NCBI GenBank assembly: GCA_014382445.1
Contig: JACNJS010000010.1
Span: 20,198-84,197 of the forward strand
Direction of reading: 5' to 3'
Length of the DNA stretch: 64,000 bases
Origin: Bacteroidota bacterium
GTDB taxonomy: Bacteria; Bacteroidota; Bacteroidia; Bacteroidales; F082
Part shown: piece by piece, positions 27,518 through 35,725 of the stretch
Layout: each line of letters starts with the position of its first letter
Numbering within the stretch: the first letter of the stretch is position 1
Translations under genes and position numbers: made by a program
Notes under the pieces: generated by a model
What the model saw: only the letters and a program-made list of their open reading frames with translations
What the model was told of the DNA's origin: nothing
Databases searched by the model: none

Positions 27518-27650
27518 AGAGACCCTTGCGGTAAAAAAGTTAACCGCAAAGTACGCGAAGGATACGCAATGAACGCAAAGAAAAAAACCATTGCGACCCC
27601 TTGCGGTTAAATCAAACAGCAAAGTACGCTAGGCAATGAAGTAACTAAAA
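27518..27650. repeat. CGCAAAG/CTTTGCG-family repeat unit (single, degenerate)
   Basis: gagacccttgcggtaaaaaagttaaccgcaaagtacgcg...cgcaaagaaaaaaaccattgcgaccccttgcggttaaatc resembles the 80-bp tandem unit at 34391-34592 and the MITE interior. Confidence 0.5.
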
Positions 27651-27716
27651 TAAGAAATTGAGAAACTAAAGAAGAAATAACTTTTTAAATATTTCTTACT
27701 AAAATAACTCAACATC

Positions 27717-30700
27717 ATGAAAATAAAAATTTCACTCGTTTTTGTAATGCTAACTTTGATGTTAGTTGGGGCTTATTCACAAGGAGTTACAACATCTTCT
27801 ATATCAGGAAGGGTTGTTGACAAAGATGGCAAATCGGTTTACCCTGCAAATGTGGTAACAGTACACACACCATCTAATACAATGTATGGTGCCATTACAC
27901 AATCCGACGGGTACTACAAAATCGTAAACATGCGAATCGGAGGGCCTTACACTGTAACTATCAGCTTTGTGGGCTATCAAACCGGTGTTCATGAAAATGT
28001 ATTCTTGGAACTTAACCAGACAACAAAAGTTGACATGACACTGATTGAAGGTACTAAAACGCTGGAAGAAGTAATAATTACTGACGACAATGATGCTTTG
28101 TTCGACCCTGATAGAAAAGGTGCTTCAACAAATATAGGTGAGAAACAAATAATCAACATGCCAACGATTAAAAGAAGCCAAAAGGATCTTACAAGGTTAA
28201 CACCACAGTCGGACGGTTATAGTTTTGGAGGCAGGAATAATCTTTATAATAACTTTTCTGTCGATGGATCGATTTTCAATAATTCGTTCGGACTTGATTA
28301 TGCCACTCCCGGAGGACAAACAGATGCACAGCCCGTTTCGCTTGATGCGATTGAGCAGATTCAGGTATCATTAGCTCCTTTTGATGTGCGTCAGGGAGGA
28401 TTTACCGGTGCCGGTGTTAATGCGGTTACCAAATCAGGAACAAACAACTTTAAAGCGTCTGTTTATTATTATTTAAAAAATGAAAAGCTCATTGGGAAAA
28501 AGGTTGGTTCTACTGATTCCCCAAATAATGATTTTAATGATAACCAGTTTGGCTTTACCGTTGGTGGCCCCATAGTCAAAAATAGTTTGTTTTTCTTTGT
28601 TAGTGCAGAAACTGAAAGAAGAAATGAACTGGCACATGGTTGGATAGCTGATAACGGAGAAAATGCCGGACAAGCTAATGTTACATCTGTTTACGAAGCT
28701 GATCTTATTGCTATTCAGGCAAGGTTGAGGGACTATTGGGGATACGATCCGGGTGCATTTCAGGGTTATAATCATAAAAAATCCAACGATAAAGTATTGG
28801 CAAAACTTTCCTGGAATATTTCACCTAACCAGCGCGTTTCTATCAGGTACAATATGTTGGATGCATGGAAAGAAGAACTGCCACACCCTGAAGCTGTTCT
28901 CGGTCGTGGCCCTACATCCTACCGCATGCCCTTCGAAAATTCATCGTACACGATATTCAATAAAATTAATTCGATTATGGCCGAATGGACTTCAAATTAT
29001 AATAACAAGTGGTCGAATAAAATGATGGCCGGATATACATCTTTCAGGGATACCCGTGTACCTAAATCAACACCATTCCCCGTGGTAGATATTTTCGATG
29101 TTAACGGAAACATTGCAATCACTTTTGGTTCCGAAATGTTCTCAACAAACAATGTGCTAAATCAGGATGTTTACCAATTTACCAATGATATTACTTATTT
29201 TGCCGACAAACATACAATTACCGGTGGGCTAAATGTTGAACGGTTTTATTTTGAAAACTGTTTTAACCTTTTCTATTATCCATGGGATATGTTCTTCTCG
29301 GTCAACGACTTCCTGAATAACAAAAAAATAGGCGACCCTGATTATAACCCCAATGTTGACATAGATTTCAATAATCAGGTACTTGAATCCACAACAAAGT
29401 CTTATAGGTGGTCGTATGTGGATGTAGCTCAGCTGGCAATTTACCTTCAGGATGAATATCAGGTTAACCCTAAATTAAATCTTTCGTTTGGGTTAAGAAT
29501 GGATATGCCGGTTTATTTAGCTAGTATTCCTGTTACTGCTGCCGTTGACGAAGTTGTTAATTTTGAAGGTTGGGTAGATGAACAAGGAAATCCCGCAAAA
29601 GTTGATCCTGCCCGATGGCCGAATAATAACCCTTTATGGTCTCCACGTATAGGTTTTAATTGGGATATACTAAGTAACAGCACACTGCAACTTCGCGGTG
29701 GAACAGGTATTTTTTCAGGTCGTATACCATTTGTTTGGCTTGGAAACCAGGCATCAAACTCTGGAATTTATCCGGGCTATACCTTCCAGGTTAACGGTAC
29801 CGCCCAGGATTTTAGTTTCCCCCAGATTTGGAAAACTAATGTTGCAGTTGACTGGAAAACCCGAAGCAATTGGATATTTGGCATTGAAGGAATATTTGGG
29901 AAAGATATAAACGGTGTTGTACACCGAAACTATAATATGGCTCCACCCACGGGCCAATTAACCGGAACCGGCGACAACAGGCAAATCTTTACAGGATTCA
30001 ACGAATCAAATATTTATTCATCCAGCCCTGATGCTATCGGATTTCTTGATGCAGGGACAATAATTCTCGACAATACAAATGAAGGCTTCCAACATTCCTT
30101 AACCGGGAAAGTGGTTAAAACTTTCAATGTTGGCCTTTATTTCAATGCAGCATACACTTATATGACTTCAAAAGATTACACATCTATTCCCGCCGAAATC
30201 GCTGCCGATGCATTTCAACGTAACCCTGTAGTAGGTAATCCAAATAACCCAATGTTATCGTGGTCGCGATACGGATTAAGGCATAGATTTATTACTTCGG
30301 CATATTATTCAATCGATTACAGTTTCATGTCATCAACCCTTGGTTTTTTCTTTGAAAGCGGGCAAGGTCATCGCTATTCATTTGTTTACGCCGGCGATCT
30401 TAATCAGGATGCTATAATGAACAACGATTTGCTTTATGTCCCTGAAAATAGCAGTGATATTCACTTTGGCACTATTGACGAATATGGTGTGGGTCATTCA
30501 GCAGCTAATGCATCCTACCAGTGGGCGGCACTATCATCATTTATTGATCAGGATAGATATTTAAAAAACAGAAAAGGAGAATATGCCGAACGTAATGGAG
30601 CTACCCTTCCATGGTTTACTCAAATTGATATCAAATACATGCACGACTTTAAATTTAAAATTGGTGATAAAACAAATATTATTCAGTTATCGTTCGATAT

Positions 30701-30905
30701 AATAAATTTCGGAAACTTATTAAACTCAAATTGGGGGGTTTATAAACTCGCTCGAACCACAACGCCAATTACCATTCAGGGTGTTAACAATGAGGGTGTT
30801 CCGTATTTTAGTTTTGATGAAAACCTTAAGGAAAGTTATATTCAGGATGTTTCAATTAAATCGAAATGGCAAATGCAGTTCGGTGTAAGATATATTTTCA
30901 ACTAA
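27717..30905 (+). CDS. TonB-dependent receptor with N-terminal carboxypeptidase-regulatory-like domain (Oar-like)
   Basis: Signal peptide. CarboxypepD_reg-like SGRVVDKDGKSVYPANV...GGPYTVTISFVGYQ. Plug region (DAIEQIQVSLAPFDVRQGGFTGAGVNAVTKSGTN). Long barrel ending in FGVRYIFN. No SusD-like gene downstream. Confidence 0.85.
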   Translation: MKIKISLVFVMLTLMLVGAYSQGVTTSSISGRVVDKDGKSVYPANVVTVHTPSNTMYGAITQSDGYYKIVNMRIGGPYTVTISFVGYQTGVHENVFLELNQTTKVDMTLIEGTKTLEEVIITDDNDALFDPDRKGASTNIGEKQIINMPTIKRSQKDLTRLTPQSDGYSFGGRNNLYNNFSVDGSIFNNSFGLDYATPGGQTDAQPVSLDAIEQIQVSLAPFDVRQGGFTGAGVNAVTKSGTNNFKASVYYYLKNEKLIGKKVGSTDSPNNDFNDNQFGFTVGGPIVKNSLFFFVSAETERRNELAHGWIADNGENAGQANVTSVYEADLIAIQARLRDYWGYDPGAFQGYNHKKSNDKVLAKLSWNISPNQRVSIRYNMLDAWKEELPHPEAVLGRGPTSYRMPFENSSYTIFNKINSIMAEWTSNYNNKWSNKMMAGYTSFRDTRVPKSTPFPVVDIFDVNGNIAITFGSEMFSTNNVLNQDVYQFTNDITYFADKHTITGGLNVERFYFENCFNLFYYPWDMFFSVNDFLNNKKIGDPDYNPNVDIDFNNQVLESTTKSYRWSYVDVAQLAIYLQDEYQVNPKLNLSFGLRMDMPVYLASIPVTAAVDEVVNFEGWVDEQGNPAKVDPARWPNNNPLWSPRIGFNWDILSNSTLQLRGGTGIFSGRIPFVWLGNQASNSGIYPGYTFQVNGTAQDFSFPQIWKTNVAVDWKTRSNWIFGIEGIFGKDINGVVHRNYNMAPPTGQLTGTGDNRQIFTGFNESNIYSSSPDAIGFLDAGTIILDNTNEGFQHSLTGKVVKTFNVGLYFNAAYTYMTSKDYTSIPAEIAADAFQRNPVVGNPNNPMLSWSRYGLRHRFITSAYYSIDYSFMSSTLGFFFESGQGHRYSFVYAGDLNQDAIMNNDLLYVPENSSDIHFGTIDEYGVGHSAANASYQWAALSSFIDQDRYLKNRKGEYAERNGATLPWFTQIDIKYMHDFKFKIGDKTNIIQLSFDIINFGNLLNSNWGVYKLARTTTPITIQGVNNEGVPYFSFDENLKESYIQDVSIKSKWQMQFGVRYIFN

Positions 30906-31148
30906 TATTTGTATATTTAAGTCATGGATAGATAAATGAACATCCTAGCCGCAAGCGGACGAAGTATCTGCAAAGGATTTTTTTTTAATACGCCCCAAGG
31001 GGCGGGGAATATGACCCAAGAGATCCTTCGCCTTTGCTCAGGATCAGTTCGGCTAATTAATTACAGTTCACTATCGTTCCTGGAATCAAAGCCTCACTGA
31101 TTTAACTAATTAAGAAACCACACCATATAAATTTGAAAGATAAAAAAA

Positions 31149-34100
31149 ATGGAGAGCATGATTGATAATATAGCATACGGGCAAATTTTAATACTGTTAT
31201 TACAATGTTTAATTGTAGCCATACTGCTATTATCATTGTTCCGGCTTCGAACAATTTTTGGCCTTGGGTTGTTGTTTGCAGCATTGGGAGTGTTTCAGTA
31301 TATGCAGGTGTTTCTTAGTAGTTCTCTTTACATCGAAATTATGCCCGGCGTATTAGTTTCGCCGGGGTCGATGGTGTTATTTACAGGAAGTCTTTTTGCC
31401 ATACTAATTGTTTATATCAGGGAAGATGCTTTGGAGGCACGAAAAGTAATTTATGCTTTACTTGCAGCCAATCTTGCTTTAACATTGCTGCAAGTTGTTT
31501 TTGGCTGGGCAATAGAAGGAGAAGGTGTTAAAAACATTTATGATCTGCCAAAAGAATTTTTTACACAGAATGCCAGGATACTAATAGTTGGAACGCTGAT
31601 CCTTTTTATCGACGCCTTCATTATTATCATAATTTATGAAAAAATATCACGCTACGTTTCTTCTCTTTTATTAAAGATCCTTCTTTCGATGGTACTGGTA
31701 GTCAGTATCGATTCACTATTTTTTTCTTTTGGTGCTTTCGCAGGAACAGATCAATTTCAAAGCGTTTTAGTTACGGGTTTGTTTTCGAAAATTTCTGCCA
31801 CATTAATATATTCAGGATTGTTCACATTCTATCTCCTATATTTAGATAAGGACATCATAAAAAAAGATTTTTCAACCGGTTCTTACAAAGATATTTTCTA
31901 CTCACTTACCTTTCGCCAGAAATACGATGAAGTTTTTAAAGAAAAGGAAACTCAAAAAGTAGTACTGCAAAAAAGTGAAGAATACAATCGATTGTTATTC
32001 AATACTTCTCCCATTGGGCTTGCACTTTGCAAAATGGATGGTTCCTTTGTTGATATTAACCCTGCATATGCAAAAATTATTGGTCGAACAATTGAAGAAA
32101 CTTTAAAACTAAACTATCAGGATATCACTCCTGAGAAATATTCGGCACAAGAAGCGTTTCAGATAAAAAGTTTGGAAGAAACCGGGAGGTATGGCCCTTA
32201 TGAAAAAGAATATATTTATAAAGACAATCATCTTGTCCCTGTTGTGATAAGTGGATTGATAATTGAGCGAGATGGGGAAAAATTTATTTGGTCGATTGCA
32301 GAAGACATTACCGAACGCAAACGATCAGAAGAAGCTTTAATGAGTGAAAAAGAATTCTCTGAAAAAATTTTTGAAACAAGCAATGCCATAATTATCGGTC
32401 TCGACAAAAATCATTTTATAAAACTTTTTAATAAAGGAGCAGAAAATATTACTGGATATACTAAAGCGGAGATGATTGGAAAAGATTGGTTTGAATTTTT
32501 TTTTCCGAATGAGTTATTAAGCGAAATGGATCAAGTTTGGAAAGATGCATGGGGAACTTCTTCTCATTCTTATATAAATCAAATTTTAACCAAAACAGGC
32601 GAAGGCAGAATGATTTCATGGCAGTCTTCAGGATTTTATGAAGATACAGACAGTGATAAACATCTGTTAATTTCAATTGGAGAAGACATTACCGAACGCA
32701 AGCAGGCTGAAGAACAAATCACTCGTTTCAGCCGCATCTTCGAAGACACATTGAACGAAATATGTTTGTTCGATGCAGCAACTTTGAAATTTACTCAGGT
32801 GAATTCTGCCGCACAACAAAATCTGGGTTATACAACGGAGGAACTTCAAAAAATGACTCCCCTCAATATTAAACCAGAATTTACACTTGAATCATTTGAA
32901 AAATTGATAACTCCTTTGCGCAATGGTGAAAAAGAAAAAATTATTTTTGAAACCGTACACAAGCGAAAAGATCAATCACTTTACGATGTGGAAGTTCATT
33001 TGCAACTACTGAAAGATGAAAAAAAAGATTTATTGGTCGCAATTATATTGGACATCTCCGAGCGCAAAAAAGCTGAAAAGATTCTACTTGAAAGAGAGGC
33101 TTATTCTAAAGCATTGTTCGATTACGCTGCCGTTCCTATATGGGTGGAGGACTTCTCAGAAGTAAAAAAATATTTTAATAAACTAAAAGAAAAAGGAGTA
33201 AATGATTTCTCAGTCTATTTTCATGAAAATATAGATGAAGTTAAGCACATCGCTTCTTTAGTTAAGGTGTCCGAAATAAATCAAAAAAACCTTGAGTTTT
33301 GGGTAACAACATCAAAAGAAGAACTTCTTCTAACTTTGCCGAATTGGTTTAATGAAGAATCTTGGCCGGTATTTCGAGATGAACAGATAGCTCTTGCCGA
33401 AGGTAAAAGTCAGTTTGAAAGTGAAATATCAATTGTTAGCCCCCAAGGTGATAAAAGGCAACTAATACTTTACCTGGCTGTTCATCCGGATCATTTGGAT
33501 ACGCTCAAAATCGTTTTCGTTTCATTTATCGATATCACCGATCGTAAAAATGTCGAAGAGGAACTCGAAAAACATCGAAACCATTTAGAAGAAATAGTTA
33601 AAAAGCGCACCGAATCGTTGGCAAAATCCCAAAATGCTTTGTTGAATTTAGTAGATGACATGAATAATCAGTCGGTAAAGCTGGAAAAATCCAACCAGCA
33701 ACTTGTAGCAATAAATGATGAACTCGAAGCCTTTACATATTCAGTATCGCACGATTTAAAAGCTCCGTTACGCGGTATCGACGGGTACAGCCAGCTATTG
33801 CTCGAAAGTTACTATGAGGAATTAAATCAGGAAGCACGCGGATTTTTAGAAAACATTCGCAAAAGCACCCAGCAAATGAACCTGCTTATCGAAGATTTGC
33901 TGGCCTATTCACGCATGGAGCGACAAGCTTATCAAATTGAAAAAGTAAACTTTAAAGCTTTAATCGACAACCTTCTGCTGTATTTTTCAAAAACCATTGG
34001 CACAAAAAATGTTGAGTTTAAATTCACTTTCCCTGATACATTTATGCCTTCTGCCGATAAAGACGGTATGAATTTAGTAATGCGAAACCTGCTCGATAAT

Positions 34101-34391
34101 GCCATTAAATTCACTTCGCCACACAGAAGTGCTCAAATTGAAATAGGTGGCAGCGAAAGTGATAATAATTGGCTTATCTTTGTAAAAGACAATGGAATAG
34201 GTTTCGACATGAAATACCACGACAGGATATATAAAATTTTCCAGCGTTTACACCTCGCCGAAGAATACGAAGGTACCGGCATAGGCCTGGCAATGGTAAG
34301 TAAAGCTATGCACAGGATGAATGGAAAAATTTGGGCTGAAAGCGAAGTCGGGAAAGGAGCTAGTTTTTATTTGGAGATTAAAAAAACTTAA
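31149..34391 (+). CDS. membrane sensor histidine kinase: polytopic N-terminal domain - multiple PAS - HisKA - HATPase_c
   Basis: About 6-7 TM helices in the first ~230 aa. Repeated PAS boundaries (ITERKRSEE, ITERKQAEE, ISERKKAEK, ITDRKNVEE). H-box FTYSVSHDLKAPLRGI. LLDNAIKFT / DNGIGF / GTGIGLAM. Confidence 0.9.
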   Translation: MESMIDNIAYGQILILLLQCLIVAILLLSLFRLRTIFGLGLLFAALGVFQYMQVFLSSSLYIEIMPGVLVSPGSMVLFTGSLFAILIVYIREDALEARKVIYALLAANLALTLLQVVFGWAIEGEGVKNIYDLPKEFFTQNARILIVGTLILFIDAFIIIIIYEKISRYVSSLLLKILLSMVLVVSIDSLFFSFGAFAGTDQFQSVLVTGLFSKISATLIYSGLFTFYLLYLDKDIIKKDFSTGSYKDIFYSLTFRQKYDEVFKEKETQKVVLQKSEEYNRLLFNTSPIGLALCKMDGSFVDINPAYAKIIGRTIEETLKLNYQDITPEKYSAQEAFQIKSLEETGRYGPYEKEYIYKDNHLVPVVISGLIIERDGEKFIWSIAEDITERKRSEEALMSEKEFSEKIFETSNAIIIGLDKNHFIKLFNKGAENITGYTKAEMIGKDWFEFFFPNELLSEMDQVWKDAWGTSSHSYINQILTKTGEGRMISWQSSGFYEDTDSDKHLLISIGEDITERKQAEEQITRFSRIFEDTLNEICLFDAATLKFTQVNSAAQQNLGYTTEELQKMTPLNIKPEFTLESFEKLITPLRNGEKEKIIFETVHKRKDQSLYDVEVHLQLLKDEKKDLLVAIILDISERKKAEKILLEREAYSKALFDYAAVPIWVEDFSEVKKYFNKLKEKGVNDFSVYFHENIDEVKHIASLVKVSEINQKNLEFWVTTSKEELLLTLPNWFNEESWPVFRDEQIALAEGKSQFESEISIVSPQGDKRQLILYLAVHPDHLDTLKIVFVSFIDITDRKNVEEELEKHRNHLEEIVKKRTESLAKSQNALLNLVDDMNNQSVKLEKSNQQLVAINDELEAFTYSVSHDLKAPLRGIDGYSQLLLESYYEELNQEARGFLENIRKSTQQMNLLIEDLLAYSRMERQAYQIEKVNFKALIDNLLLYFSKTIGTKNVEFKFTFPDTFMPSADKDGMNLVMRNLLDNAIKFTSPHRSAQIEIGGSESDNNWLIFVKDNGIGFDMKYHDRIYKIFQRLHLAEEYEGTGIGLAMVSKAMHRMNGKIWAESEVGKGASFYLEIKKT

Positions 34392-34592
34392 ACGCAAAGA
34401 AAAATACGCATTGCGACCTTTGCGAAAAACTTGGCGACCTTTGCGGTTAAAATAAAATCTAAACGCAGAGTACGCAAAGAAAAATGCACAGTGCGACCTT
34501 TGCGAAAAACTTAGCGACCTTTGCGGTTAAAATAAAATCTAAACGCAGAGTACGCAAAGAAAAATACACATTGCGAAACTTTGCGGTTAAAA
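34391..34592. repeat. 80-bp tandem repeat, 2.5 copies (CGCAAAG/CTTTGCG family)
   Basis: 34391-34470 and 34471-34550 differ at about 5 positions. A third copy (34551-34592) carries an internal deletion. Starts at the last base of the kinase stop codon. Confidence 0.85.
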
Positions 34593-34629
34593 GCATTTCA
34601 GCTGAGAGTATAATGAAAAAACAATATCC

Positions 34630-35007
34630 ATGACTGAAAACGAAATATCTAAAATAATTGTCGATTGCGCTCTAAAAATACATAAGGAATTAGGTCCCGG
34701 ATTATTAGAGAGTGCTTACGAAGAATGTCTTTATTATGAACTTCAACAAAGAGGACTGTCTGTTGTTAAACAAAAACCTCTCCCTTTAATTTACAATGAG
34801 GTAAAACTGGAAATTGGTTATAGAGTTGACCTATTAGTTGAAAATAAAGTAATTATAGAAGTTAAGTCTGTTGAAGCATTAAATGATATCCATCTAGCTC
34901 AGATATTAACTTATTTAAAGCTTTCAAATTGTAAATTAGGAATGCTGATTAATTTTAACGTAACATTAATAAAAAATGGCATAAGAAGAGTTGTAAATAA
35001 ATTATAG
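34630..35007 (+). CDS. GxxExxY family protein (PD-(D/E)XK-like fold)
   Basis: 125 aa with the family signature GPGLLESAYEECL (G-x2-E-x2-Y) and YRVDLLVENKVIIEVKSV (D...E.K nuclease-like core). Confidence 0.85.
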   Translation: MTENEISKIIVDCALKIHKELGPGLLESAYEECLYYELQQRGLSVVKQKPLPLIYNEVKLEIGYRVDLLVENKVIIEVKSVEALNDIHLAQILTYLKLSNCKLGMLINFNVTLIKNGIRRVVNKL

Positions 35008-35026
35008 CACACTTCCGCTAAAAAAA

Positions 35027-35243
35027 TTGTAACTAATCCATGTTTTTAAAGTATTGAGCTTATTGTAATTCACAAATAAATTTTACCGCAATGAACGCTA
35101 AGTTTTACGCAATGAACGCTATGCAGTTGAAAATGATTTCTTTGCGAACTTTGCGGTTTGCTTTGCGAACTTTGCGGTTAAATAATTTCTATCAACCACA
35201 TTGAGTACAATAAAATATATTATCACATACTGATTAGTTACAA
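35027..35243. mobile_element. MITE-like element, copy 2 (TIR TTGTAACTAAT / ATTAGTTACAA)
   Basis: 11-bp perfect TIRs at 35027-35037 and 35233-35243. Colinear with 10239-10436 (roughly 75-80% by eye) plus an internal 21-bp duplication (gtttgctttgcgaactttgcg). Confidence 0.6.
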
Positions 35244-35280
35244 AAAATTTAATCGCAATAAAAACTATTAAATCTAAAAA

Positions 35281-35712
35281 ATGTCAAATAATTACAAAAA
35301 TCCCCCAATCCTCCTCGTAGAAGACAATCCTATTGATGTGGATTTGACCTTGCGTGCCTTTAAAAAGCGTAATCTAACAAACTCAATCCATGTTGCTCGT
35401 GATGGTGAGGAAGCAGTAAATTTTATCGACAGGTGGGATACCGGTGAGCAGATTCCTTTAGTAATATTACTCGATTTAAACCTGCCAAAAATTGATGGCT
35501 TGGAAGTTCTTACGATACTTAAAACCCATCCCAAATACGGCACAATTCCGGTTGTTGTGCTTACTTCCTCAACTGACAATAAAGACATTGAAAGAGCGTA
35601 TAAACTCGGGGCTAATTCATATATTATTAAACCTATAAATTTTGATAAATTTGTTGAGGTAGCTTCTCAAATTGAACTTTATTGGAATGCAATAAACGAG
35701 CCACTAATTTAA
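35281..35712 (+). CDS. stand-alone response regulator receiver (CheY/Rcp1-like)
   Basis: 143 aa, receiver only: ILLVEDNPIDVDL, phospho-acceptor context VILLDLNLPKIDG, VVVLTSS, KLGANSYIIKP. Confidence 0.9.
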   Translation: MSNNYKNPPILLVEDNPIDVDLTLRAFKKRNLTNSIHVARDGEEAVNFIDRWDTGEQIPLVILLDLNLPKIDGLEVLTILKTHPKYGTIPVVVLTSSTDNKDIERAYKLGANSYIIKPINFDKFVEVASQIELYWNAINEPLI

Positions 35713-35725
35713 AACATTTAATCGA

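Noticed and set aside
34391-34592. Possible CRISPR array (regularly spaced repeated sequence)
   Set aside because: It is a head-to-tail 80-bp tandem duplication with no unique spacers. The units are near-identical over their whole length and no cas genes are nearby.
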